Source: a virus. Taken from it: 64,000 bases of DNA. Shown here piece after piece: positions 37,001 to 46,067 of the stretch. The stretch spans positions 11,606 to 75,605 of the IMG/VR virus record IMGVR_UViG_3300031236_000004; one strand, given 5' to 3'. The notes under the pieces were generated by a model that was given only the letters and a program-made list of their open reading frames with translations, did not search any database and was not told where the DNA came from. Each line of letters begins with the position of its first letter. The first letter of the stretch is position 1. Both the position numbers and the translations under genes were made by a program.

Positions 37001-39062
37001 ACCATTTGGTGTTGTAGTTGACGTCTTCGCCGAGGATGAATTCGCGCGGGTACCCGTAATCGAACTGCGTTCCAGTACGGGCGGGCGCGCGCTTGACGGC
37101 GTGTGGAGCAACGCGCGCGTCAAAGGCTCTACGCGGGAGTTCTCCGACGAGAGTCAGGTGCCACAGCGCTTGCCAGGTTCCCTGCTCCGGCCGGTTGAGC
37201 TTCATTCGCGTGACGATTCCCAAGCTGGCGTATACGGCTCGAACTTGCCGCACGAAGTCAGGGTAGACCGAGGATAAGAGGAGGAGCGGCCGATTGTCAG
37301 CCCCACCATCAGAATCCAACAGACCAGCCAAGTAGGCTCCACGAATAACCGGGAGTCCCTCCAGTACACACGCTGGCACGTGCAACGGGACCTTCGGCTG
37401 CTTGAAGTTCTCGCAGTAGAGCGCCAACTGTTTTCCAGCCGCTGAAACGCGGCGCGTCTCCTCGCCCTCGAGCTTCACGTCAGAACAAGACACGCCCATG
37501 CGCGCTAAAACCGCACGGAGCCTCCTCACACGCTCAGGCGTTTCTTCGTCTTGTTCGTTCATGCTGAACGATACGCAGTTGGACCCTCCCTCTGTGGAGG
37601 TTCGATTCACGTGCACGTAACCGTTTCCGTGGAGATACCCGAGAAACCACGCGATCTCCTCGTCGAGGTCTGGGACGTGGATGTCAACGCTCGTGTGGTC
37701 GTGAGGCGATCGCTCGTAGGACCACGGAGGCAACGATGTCGTGTGGCCCTCAACGACATGATCAACAAACACCATTCGGTCACCGGGCTTGAGCGAGCCC
37801 GCCGTCTTCCATTCGTACGCCGCTGTGCTCGTCAGCACGGCCACGCGATGGTTGGCCGTGCAGCGAAACGGCCCCATCTGCGTAGTCACTTCAACAAGCT
37901 GTTGCGTGCCCTGTTCGATGACGTCAGTGACGCGCGACCATCCCGCAGCAGTGCGGGCCGCGTCTCCAGCGCGGACCGCTTCGATGGGGACGAGGCCCCG
38001 GGTCAAGTGGACAAGCGTTCCAGCGGGCAAGCAGCGCCGGATGCCGCCGGAGAGCACCGCGTCGGCCGCGTGACACATGACGCGGTGGGCCTCGATCGGT
38101 CGTAGCTGACGCCCCTGGGCGCCCGCGAGCACCTCGCGGACGCGCTCGAGCGCGAGCTTCAGCTTGAGGTGGCCCGGGGCGCGGCCGCCCGACGTCTTGA
38201 GCGGCGAACCCGCCCGGCGGATCAGGTGGTACGCGAACTCGACGTGGTAGCCGCCGATGAATCCGCTCACGAGCGCGTCGAGCGCGTTGGCCCAGCCCTC
38301 GATCGTGTCCTCGATGACGTGGTGGACGACCTTCTTGGAGTCGACGTCGGCGATCGGAGGGAGCTTCTCGACGTGCTCGTATTGGACGGAGTACCCCACG
38401 CCGCAGCCGCACAGGAGCAGGTACATCGCCTCGGCGAACGCGCGCGGGCGGTCGACGAGCGTCGCGGAGCAGTTGTACTGCCGGCAGTGGACCGCCTCGA
38501 CGGCGGGACCTCCGAACTGCATGGACCGCATCGACGGCAGGACGCGCTTGTCGCGGACGAGGTCGAACGCCCGCCGGATCTCGGCGAGGCGCGCCTCCGG
38601 CAGGTGCGCGAAGCGGCGCAGGTGCATCGCCTCGACGCGCGCGACGGTTTCGTCGTAGACCTCGCGGCGCTGCTCGTCGGGGAGGTAGCGCGCGTACTTG
38701 CTGGCGTGGATGTAGTCCGACACGGCGAGCGAGTTCGGGCGCAGGCGCTCGCGGCGGGCCTCGGACCGCATCTGGCGGTAGATGATGTACGCCTTCGCGA
38801 CGGCGAACTTCTTGGCGCGCATGAGCGCGACCTCGACCAGGTCCTGGATCTGCTCGACGTCCGCGACGTCCGCGGGGAGCGTCGCCGCGACGAACGAGAC
38901 CACCCGGTGGACCTCCTCGGCGTCGGCCGCGCCCTCCACCTCGAGCCACGCCTTGCGCACCGCGCTCTCGATCTTCCCGACGTCGAACGGTTGTGTGGTC
39001 CTGCCGTCCCGCTTGCGAACCGTGGTGGGCTGAACGACGGGAATATCGAACGACGATTGCAT
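34047..39062 (-). CDS. nrdJ: class II (AdoCbl) ribonucleotide reductase with ATP cone; 3 inteins; in-frame TAG at 35925-35927
   Basis: ATP cone VRKRDG, KYARY, PSMRSMQFGG, YNC, GCGVG, GGIRR/SA, NP/CGE, CNLTE, TTCVKPSG/T, C-terminal CAGGAC. The two track ORFs are in the same frame. Confidence 0.9.
34635..35825 (-). mobile_element. intein 3 in RNR with LAGLIDADG endonuclease (397 aa)
   Basis: KPSG|CRPWD...KSHN|TTSL; LAGYLWGDG and FASGLVDSDG. Confidence 0.9.
36216..36596 (-). mobile_element. mini-intein 2 in RNR (127 aa)
   Basis: TNP|CQPGW...TENH...VYDITV...LVSN|CGEI; no endonuclease domain. Confidence 0.88.
36825..38033 (-). mobile_element. intein 1 in RNR with LAGLIDADG endonuclease (403 aa)
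   Basis: GIRR|CLPAG...TANH...LVHN|SAMI; FLGYLHGNG and YLAGLLDSDG. Confidence 0.9.
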
Positions 39063-39083
39063 CGGCGGGCTCCTGTTCGGTTG

Positions 39084-39638
39084 TCAGACTGCTGCTTTGA
39101 CGAGCTGTCGCGCGCGGCGCGGGCGACGGGGCTTCTTGTCGGCGGGGGGCGTCCGGAGGGTGCGGATGACCTCCGCCTCGCGGCGCACCGTCGCGTTCCC
39201 GACGTGCCAGGCCCGCGCGATGCGGGCCAAAAAAAACGCGTCGGCCTCGTTGTCGTTGGAGACGGACGCGCCGCAGGTCGCAGCCGCGCGCAGCATCGCC
39301 TCCTTGGTAGCGAAGGCGAGCCCGGTGGCGAACTTCTTCACGAGGACGGGCGGGACGGTGACGTAGGGGACGCGGCGCTCGGCGAGCAGGGCCTTGATCA
39401 CGCCGCCGACTTCTCCCAGCTCGAACACCCGGCCCACGGAGGCGTAGGAGTAGCCCTCGACTGCCGCCGCCGTCACCAGGAGCAGCATGCCGTCGACGAC
39501 GCTGCGGATGTGGGCGAGGCGCTCGCCGTCGCGGCGGTCGCCGGGATCCGCGGTGGTCACCGTTCGGACGTCTCCGCCTTCTCCGATGAGGCAGAGCCCG
39601 GTGGCGTTCAGGGACTGGTCTATGCCTAGGAACGCCAT
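39084..39638 (-). CDS. ruvC: Holliday junction resolvase
   Basis: FLGIDQSLNATG, VEGY, VPPVLVKKFATG, KEAM, NDNEADA. Confidence 0.85.
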   Translation of the reverse strand: MAFLGIDQSLNATGLCLIGEGGDVRTVTTADPGDRRDGERLAHIRSVVDGMLLLVTAAAVEGYSYASVGRVFELGEVGGVIKALLAERRVPYVTVPPVLVKKFATGLAFATKEAMLRAAATCGASVSNDNEADAFFLARIARAWHVGNATVRREAEVIRTLRTPPADKKPRRPRRARQLVKAAV

Positions 39639-39661
39639 GGCCGGACAGGAGGGAGCCACCC

Positions 39662-39667
39662 TATAAT
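39662..39667 (+). promoter_or_regulatory. TATAAT -10-like box inside a CCCTA/TAGGG hairpin
   Basis: AT-rich island between divergent ruvC and 39716 genes. Confidence 0.4.
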
Positions 39668-39715
39668 TTTAGGGCGCCGCGTTGCAAGTCTGACCCGCCT
39701 CTTTGAGGAGAACCC

Positions 39716-40084
39716 GTGGCTAGCTTCACGCTTCAACAAACCACGGCCATCGTCGAGGTCAACAAGTACCAGGTCGTGAACACGGTCATCCTCGCCGTCG
39801 GCGCGGACCCGAACATCTACGTCTTCAAGACCTCGACGCGGCGCTTCAGCCACTACGCGTCGGCCGCCGACGTGGCGCAGTGGCCCGTCGACTGCGACGT
39901 CGCCTCCCTCACCGGCGCGGCCTACTACCGCCAGCCCACCGTCACCCGGATCTGGGATACCGTCAGGATGATGAAGGCGGACCTCGCGGCCTCGCTGTTC
40001 CGGGCCCGGTCGCTCGCGAGCGAGCTGACCGAGCAGCAGGCCTCGCTCGTCGGCACGACGACCACCACGGTGACGGGGAGCTGA
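39716..40084 (+). CDS. hypothetical protein (paralog of next gene's N-domain)
   Basis: RBS GAGGAG; shares blocks with 40086 ORF. Confidence 0.75.
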   Translation: MASFTLQQTTAIVEVNKYQVVNTVILAVGADPNIYVFKTSTRRFSHYASAADVAQWPVDCDVASLTGAAYYRQPTVTRIWDTVRMMKADLAASLFRARSLASELTEQQASLVGTTTTTVTGS

Positions 40085-40085
40085 C

Positions 40086-41066
40086 GTGGCCTTCCTCCAG
40101 CAGACGCGCTCCGTGCAGCTGGTGCCCGGCGCCGCAGAGGCGTTCGTCATCCAGAACTTCATGCTGTCGGCGCTCATCCCGACGGAGCTGCCGCACCTCA
40201 ACGTCTTCGTCATCTCGGTCGCGGACCCGACCGACCCCACGCAGGACGCGCTCGCTCGCGTCGCTGGCATCGCCGACCTGTCCCTCATTCCGATCGGTCG
40301 GGACGCCGGGATCGCGGCGCCGGGCCCCAACGGGATCGAGTACCTGTCGCAGGCGGCCACGGTCAGCTACTCCGACATCCAGACGGCGAACACCGCCGCG
40401 ACCACGTTCGTCGACCGCGTCAGCGCGCTGGTCTCCGCCTGGATCCTCTTCGACTCCGAGTTCTACGCGCCGACGGCGACGCCCGCGACGTACCAGCTGC
40501 CCATCGTCGACGCGTCCCAGTCGCAGGCCCTCATCAACGCGTACGCGGCGGCCAAGCAGGCGGGCTACGTCCAGCTGCAGACCTCGACGGCCGCCAACGC
40601 GGCCCTCACCGCCGCGCAGGCCGACTACGCGTACAAGTCGAGCCTCCTGACCGGCATCGCGACCGTCGTCACCAGCGCGACCAAGGTCCAGACCGAGTTC
40701 GGCACCACGGTCACGCAGTTCGGCGTCCTGTACGCCACGGGCCAGACGTTCTACGCGGCCAACACCGGCGGTACCGGCGCGGCGACGTTCCTCGCGGCGC
40801 TGAACGCGGCCGTCGCGCAGCAGGGCGCGATGCCGGGCTACCTGACCGACGCGATCGCGGCCGTGACGGCGGCGACCGCCTACCAGACCGCGCGCACGAA
40901 CGACGTGACCGCGTCGGCGACCGCGCTGGCCGGTGCGCAGAACACCCAGATCACGCAGGCGCAGGCGCTGACGGCCGCGAACGCGCTGACGGCCGCGGCG
41001 CTCGCAGCCGTGCTCGCCGTGTGCCCCGACTTCGACCCGACGACCGTCCCGTACGTGCACGGGTAG
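40086..41066 (+). CDS. hypothetical, probably virion protein with Ala/Thr/Gln helical tail
   Basis: 326 aa; coiled-coil-like C-terminal half. Confidence 0.75.
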   Translation: MAFLQQTRSVQLVPGAAEAFVIQNFMLSALIPTELPHLNVFVISVADPTDPTQDALARVAGIADLSLIPIGRDAGIAAPGPNGIEYLSQAATVSYSDIQTANTAATTFVDRVSALVSAWILFDSEFYAPTATPATYQLPIVDASQSQALINAYAAAKQAGYVQLQTSTAANAALTAAQADYAYKSSLLTGIATVVTSATKVQTEFGTTVTQFGVLYATGQTFYAANTGGTGAATFLAALNAAVAQQGAMPGYLTDAIAAVTAATAYQTARTNDVTASATALAGAQNTQITQAQALTAANALTAAALAAVLAVCPDFDPTTVPYVHG

Positions 41067-41069
41067 GCC

Positions 41070-41102
41070 AAAAAAGGGGTCGACCGCGCGGGCGGGCGTC
41101 GA
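41070..41102 (-). terminator. Rho-independent terminator
   Basis: TCGAC...GTCGA GC-rich stem followed by CCCC and T6 on minus strand. Confidence 0.55.
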
Positions 41103-41284
41103 GAAGGAGCGGAGGACTCTAGCCCCTGACCAGGGAACCACCACCGGCCTTCCGCGCGATCGACCGAACAAGAGCTAGCACGCGCGACCCACGAGCGAGT
41201 GGTTTGCGCACCCCGCGCTCGCATCGGCCGTTGCGTGCTAGCCGACGCGATTCTACCTCGCGCGCCTCAGTGAGGCGACACGTA

Positions 41285-41419
41285 CTACGATCGCAGCTGC
41301 GGCGGCACGTCGGGCACGTCGTCGACGGGCATGTCGTCGTTCTCGTCGCTGCTGCAGTCCCAGTAGGTGACGCTGTTCCACGCCCAGGCCCACAGGACGC
41401 ACGCGACGAAGAACGTCAC
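41285..41419 (-). CDS. small membrane peptide
   Basis: GTG 41419; hydrophobic Trp-rich N-terminus, acidic tail. Confidence 0.5.
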   Translation of the reverse strand: MTFFVACVLWAWAWNSVTYWDCSSDENDDMPVDDVPDVPPQLRS

Positions 41420-41613
41420 CGGACCCGCTTGAGCTGGTCGATGCGTTCTCCCAGTTCGCGGATGATCCCGCGCAGCTCGCGCGCGGCGCACCGGATGCAG
41501 TAGTTGCCCATGCACCCGCCCTGGACGGGGTCGGGACAACCCTTGGTGTCGTTGCGCAGGACGGTCTCGACCATCTCGTTAGCGCGCCTGAGAGCCGCCG
41601 CGTCATCCCTCAC
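41416..41613 (-). CDS. small Cys-containing protein
   Basis: GTG 41613 overlaps upstream stop; GGCMGNYCIRC. Confidence 0.55.
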   Translation of the reverse strand: MRDDAAALRRANEMVETVLRNDTKGCPDPVQGGCMGNYCIRCAARELRGIIRELGERIDQLKRVR

Positions 41614-42764
41614 GCAGCCGCCTTCTCCCTCACCGGCGGCAACATGATCTGCCCGGCGACCTCCTCCAGCTCGAGGCGCCGCTCCGGCACCGTCAGGCTC
41701 TTGGCGAACCAGCTGATCGCGTTGGCCAGCCGGGCCTTCGTCGCCCCGCTCGGCAGCATCTCGACGTCCCCGTCGACGAACAGCTCCTTGACCTTGTCGA
41801 TCTCGCCCTTGAGCAGGCCCAGCCCGGGCAGCTCCTTCCACGCCTCGGCCGGGACGATCCGGGCCTCGAGCGCCTCGCCGATGCGGCCCACGAGGGCGTT
41901 GACCTTGTCCGGCGCGAGCACCTGGTGGACCATGTCCTTCACGGCCGAGACCATGAGGTCGGTGTCGAGGCGGTAGGTCTCCTTGGAGAACACCATGTCG
42001 TCCGAGAGTCGCTTGCCGATGTGGATCTTCCGCATGACCTGCTCGAGGGTCGCCGTGTTCGTGCAGACCAGGCGCGTGCAGAACGCGTTGAGCCCGAGCG
42101 GGCCCTTGCCGAAGTCCGAGTTGGAGAGCTGGAGCCCGAAGGCCACCACCTCCTCCATGCCGCGCTTCGCGGAGGGCTGGAACACGTGCGGCAGCATCGC
42201 CTTGATGGCCCAGCGCAGGTCCCCGCCGATGCCCTCGACGGGAACCGCTCCGATCTTCCCGCACGCTTCGACGAATGCCTTGATGATCGGCTCGGAGTCC
42301 ATGCGCTTGAACGAGTCGGACAGGACCCCGCGAACCTCGCCGTCGACGGAGCGGACGAGGAGCTTCTTGTTCTCCTCCTCTCGGTAGATCCGCGACAGGT
42401 TCTCGATGATCAGCTCGCGACCGTAGGGCTTGTCGAGCAGGCGGTTGACGTACGTGCTGGGGATGCCCGCGCGCTCCGCGATCTGGTCGAGGCCGTTCTT
42501 GTGGAGCCGGTTGCAGAAGTAGTGCTCGGCCTGGTGGTTGCGCGGGCCCATCAGGATGGCGTTGCTGTCCTCCTCGCCGTCGACCAGGAACTCGAGCTGG
42601 GTCGAGTCCGCGAGGCGGTCGTCCGGCGTCTCGCGGATGACCTTCTCGAAGACGGTCATCGCGCTGTGCTGCGTCCGGTGGATCATCTCCTCGAGCTTGG
42701 TCTTGAAGCCGGCGGCCGCCTCGCCGAGGGCAACGTCGTAGTCCTTGTCGCTGTGGTGGATCAT
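41610..42764 (-). CDS. DUF932-like protein
   Basis: VRGVLSDSF, LQLSNSDFG and RLVCTN motifs; likely start ATG 42764. Confidence 0.7.
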   Translation of the reverse strand: MIHHSDKDYDVALGEAAAGFKTKLEEMIHRTQHSAMTVFEKVIRETPDDRLADSTQLEFLVDGEEDSNAILMGPRNHQAEHYFCNRLHKNGLDQIAERAGIPSTYVNRLLDKPYGRELIIENLSRIYREEENKKLLVRSVDGEVRGVLSDSFKRMDSEPIIKAFVEACGKIGAVPVEGIGGDLRWAIKAMLPHVFQPSAKRGMEEVVAFGLQLSNSDFGKGPLGLNAFCTRLVCTNTATLEQVMRKIHIGKRLSDDMVFSKETYRLDTDLMVSAVKDMVHQVLAPDKVNALVGRIGEALEARIVPAEAWKELPGLGLLKGEIDKVKELFVDGDVEMLPSGATKARLANAISWFAKSLTVPERRLELEEVAGQIMLPPVREKAAA

Positions 42765-42958
42765 GGTTTCTTCGCGCTTTCGTGGATGCACCAGATGCAA
42801 GTCACTGGTGCTCCGTAGATGGGTCGTGGCTGCAGCCACAAGACGGTTGGATGGTGGTGATCGCACAGGGAAAGTCGGTCCGTGTGCGTGAGCTTGAGGT
42901 GGAGGACGCCGTGGTTGTCGCTGTACGCGGCGTCCAGCGTGAAGCGGGGACGTGTCAC
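42761..42958 (-). CDS. small hypothetical protein
   Basis: 65 aa; overlaps on both sides; CIWC. Confidence 0.55.
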   Translation of the reverse strand: MTRPRFTLDAAYSDNHGVLHLKLTHTDRLSLCDHHHPTVLWLQPRPIYGAPVTCIWCIHESAKKP

Positions 42959-44397
42959 ACGTCCTTGTAGTGTTTGTTATGGGCGTCGTCGCACACGATG
43001 ATCTCCCCGTAGCCCTCCGCGATGTGCGAGCTGTGCTCCGGCGTCACCAGCCAGATGACGGGGATCTCCGCGGGCAACCTGTTGTCCTGCGTGACCGGCG
43101 GAGCGTAGCCGTCCGTGTAGATCACGACGATGTCCGGCGCCTTGTCGTCCTCCTTGGCGTACTGCCACATGTACTTGAAGTACGCGTTGAAGTCGGTGCC
43201 GCCGCGCCCGAGCATCTGGCCGGGGATCGCGTCGCCCGTCTTGAGCACAACGTCGAGGTGGACCTCGCAGTCCCCCTGCATGTAGCGGATCTCCATGTTC
43301 TCGTCCGCCGAGAGCATGTGGTGCAGCTCGCTCTGGACGATCTCGAGCGACCTCGTCGCCATCGAGCCCGACGTGTCCACGAACAAGAACACGCGCCACG
43401 AGCGGTCCCGCGCGCGGCCCGGCAGCGGGATGACGCGGTCGTCCTCCTCGGCGAGCCCGAGCAGGACCCGGTTCGGCGTCGCGACGGTGCGGCGCAGCTT
43501 CGAGGCGCGCGACATCTTCGCGCGGGTCGTGAAGACGTCCCACCACGGGACGACGGGGTCGGCGAGGTAGGCCTCGAGCCACTCCTCGATGCTCCCGGGC
43601 AGCGTCCCGCGCCCGAAGCCGCCGTTCGACCGGACCGCGCTGCGGAGGGTCTGCTTGAGGTGCTCGCGGGCCCGGGTAGCCTGCGCGAGCAGATCGTCTC
43701 GCGTCTCGAACTTGCGGTCCCGCGCGTCGCCGCCGTCGCCGCCCTGGCCGTCCTTGCTACCCCCTGAACCCTGCTCCTGCCCGTCGCCCTCCTGCTCGGC
43801 CCACCGGCCGTGATCGGAGCCGCCCTCGAGCAGCACCGCGATCTCGACGACCTGCACGCGCTGCATGAGGACCCACTGGTAGTCCTCGAACGAGCCGTTC
43901 GACGGCAGGTCCCACTTCTCCGGCATCACCATGCCGTCGAGGGGGTGGGGTGACGCGGTCTGGTCCCGCGCCTTCGTCTTCGCCTCGATGCGCGCGCGCA
44001 GGAACTCCTCGACTTCCGCGCGGCCCTCGTGCTCGCGGAGCAGGCAGTTGATGGCGGCATCCATGGAGATGTTGTAGACCGCGCCGGCCTTCTTCTTCTC
44101 GAGGTCCGTCGGGCACGCCGCGAGCAGCTCGAGGTCCCGCGGGATGTGGTCGAGGAGGATGTGCAGCATCTCGTGCTCCAGCACGAAGGCGGCCGCCTTG
44201 AAGGACAGCCCCTCGATGAACTCCGGATCGTAGAACAGCGTGATCCGCCCGTCCCGCATCCCGACGGCCATCGTCCCCATGCCCGCCACGGCCACGCGCT
44301 GGATGCTCGAGGCGAGCCTGCCGTAGAAGCTCTTCTTCATCATCAGGTGGATGAAGAACTCGGAAAGTTTGGAAGTCACAGCGGATTCTCCTATCAT
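42955..44397 (-). CDS. HExxH metallopeptidase-like plus VWA domain protein (DUF2201 type)
   Basis: HEMLH, VDTSGSM, GRGGTDF, YTDG. Confidence 0.88.
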   Translation of the reverse strand: MIGESAVTSKLSEFFIHLMMKKSFYGRLASSIQRVAVAGMGTMAVGMRDGRITLFYDPEFIEGLSFKAAAFVLEHEMLHILLDHIPRDLELLAACPTDLEKKKAGAVYNISMDAAINCLLREHEGRAEVEEFLRARIEAKTKARDQTASPHPLDGMVMPEKWDLPSNGSFEDYQWVLMQRVQVVEIAVLLEGGSDHGRWAEQEGDGQEQGSGGSKDGQGGDGGDARDRKFETRDDLLAQATRAREHLKQTLRSAVRSNGGFGRGTLPGSIEEWLEAYLADPVVPWWDVFTTRAKMSRASKLRRTVATPNRVLLGLAEEDDRVIPLPGRARDRSWRVFLFVDTSGSMATRSLEIVQSELHHMLSADENMEIRYMQGDCEVHLDVVLKTGDAIPGQMLGRGGTDFNAYFKYMWQYAKEDDKAPDIVVIYTDGYAPPVTQDNRLPAEIPVIWLVTPEHSSHIAEGYGEIIVCDDAHNKHYKDV

Positions 44398-44403
44398 TAG
44401 GTC

Positions 44404-45387
44404 ATGGTCGTGGATCAGTTCTCAGACCCCGTGCTGGCCAACCTGGCTCGGCGCGTGGTCGACCGGCCCAAGCTCGCGGCGGCGCTCAAGGACTTCGACG
44501 TCGACCCCGCGGAGGCCGAGTCTCTCCCCGACGGGGCCTTCGCCTGGCCCGAGAAGCGGGCCTTTCCCCTCCACGGCCGCGAGCACGCGATGATGTCGCG
44601 GGCCTACAGCGAAGACCTGCCGGGCCTGCCGGCGCACGTCGCGACCGCCATCAAGCAGGCCTGCGCCGTCTACCTCGTCGACGACGCGCTGTACGCGCGC
44701 ACCAAGGTCGCCGCCGCGCCGCCGCCCGCGAGCGACTACCTCCTCCCCGACATCCGCAGGCTCCGCGTCACCGACGCCGCGCAGGTCAAGGTCGCCGAGG
44801 AGCGACTCCGCACCGAGGGGAGTCGGCTCTCGCTCGAGCACCGCGCGCTCGCGAGCGCCAACCTGGCGCGGAAGGCGGCCAACTACGGCGTCAGCCTGCG
44901 CCCGGAGACGCTGAAGATGGCGGGCGTGGCCGTCACCGATCGGCGGACGCTCGTCGACTGGCTCGAGGCCCGCTACGAGGCCGCGCCGGCCGAGCACAAG
45001 GACGGCTACCGCAAGCTCGCGGGCGCGGCCTCCAGGCTCCCGACCGAGCTTCGCGACCGAGAGGTGCAGGTCAAGCTCGCCGAGGCCATCCAGGAGCTGG
45101 ACGAGAGCGCGGGACTCGACCGGCACTGGGGCCGCCGCCTCCTCGACCCCGTCCTGACCGTGTTCAACACGAAGACCGCGGGCCCTGGCGTCACGCTCGC
45201 CGGGCGCCACATCCCGATGGCTCGCCTGGCGGCCTACCCGTCGAGCTTCTACTCCGACGTGCTCGGCCCCGACATCGTGCGCGAGGCCTCCGACGGCGCG
45301 GGCCAGTTCGACCCCTACAAGCTCGCCGCGGTGCTCGGCACCCTGCCCGTCGACATGCAGCGCGTGCTCTCCGCGCAGATGCGCTGA
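44404..45387 (+). CDS. hypothetical K-x-A-rich protein with two DUF6582-like blocks
   Basis: LPDGAFAWPEKRAFPLH and DYLLPDIRRLRVTD blocks; 11 of 13 Lys are followed by x-Ala. Confidence 0.75.
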   Translation: MVVDQFSDPVLANLARRVVDRPKLAAALKDFDVDPAEAESLPDGAFAWPEKRAFPLHGREHAMMSRAYSEDLPGLPAHVATAIKQACAVYLVDDALYARTKVAAAPPPASDYLLPDIRRLRVTDAAQVKVAEERLRTEGSRLSLEHRALASANLARKAANYGVSLRPETLKMAGVAVTDRRTLVDWLEARYEAAPAEHKDGYRKLAGAASRLPTELRDREVQVKLAEAIQELDESAGLDRHWGRRLLDPVLTVFNTKTAGPGVTLAGRHIPMARLAAYPSSFYSDVLGPDIVREASDGAGQFDPYKLAAVLGTLPVDMQRVLSAQMR

Positions 45388-45390
45388 GGC

Positions 45391-46044
45391 GTGTCGGCGC
45401 AGACCATCCTGCTCGACGAGGGCGCGTCCCCCGTCGGCCTCGTGCGCGCGGCTCGGGCGCGGCTCGGCGACTTCGTCGCACATGAGCCCGAGTCGATCTG
45501 GATTGAGTTGCAGCACCAAGACGTCGACGTGCCAGTCGGCAACCGGTCGAAGCTCATGGCGTGCGTCGCGCTCCTGCTGGTGCCGTCGTTCTACTGGGAC
45601 GCGATCGTCTTCGAGAAGACCGCGCTCGCCTTCGCCGGCGTCCCCGGCAACCCGGAGATCCTCGAGGAGGCGACGCCCGCGCAGCTCGCGTCGGCCGTCG
45701 CCGAGGCCGCCGCGGTCATCCGCGACGCCCGGAACACGTCGTGGGAGTTCGAGTCGGAGCCGCGCGCGTACGCGGGCGTCGTCCTGCACCGGGCGGGCTT
45801 CGTCCTGGCGCCGGCGGGGCTCGACTTCGCGCAGCGAGCCCTGTCGCGCGAGAACGGACCCGAGGCCGAGGACCTGCTGGGTCAGGTGAGGAAGCGCTGG
45901 GCCGGCGTCAGCACCGACCACCTCGAGCAGCTCTCCCTCGGGGAGACCGCCGTCGACGTCCAGATCGCGCGCCTCGCCGCCGTCGCGCTGCGCGTCCGAG
46001 AGCGCGCCGAGCGCGCGCGGCGCGACCTGGCCGACGTCGCATGA
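45391..46044 (+). CDS. hypothetical protein
   Basis: 217 aa; starts 3 nt after upstream stop. Confidence 0.75.
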   Translation: MSAQTILLDEGASPVGLVRAARARLGDFVAHEPESIWIELQHQDVDVPVGNRSKLMACVALLLVPSFYWDAIVFEKTALAFAGVPGNPEILEEATPAQLASAVAEAAAVIRDARNTSWEFESEPRAYAGVVLHRAGFVLAPAGLDFAQRALSRENGPEAEDLLGQVRKRWAGVSTDHLEQLSLGETAVDVQIARLAAVALRVRERAERARRDLADVA

Positions 46045-46067
46045 GGCCGGCTGCGCCACCGCCGGGC

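Noticed and set aside
41105-41145. tRNA T-arm-like GGCTAGAGTCC
   Set aside because: Lacks TTC, and there is no acceptor, D or anticodon arm.
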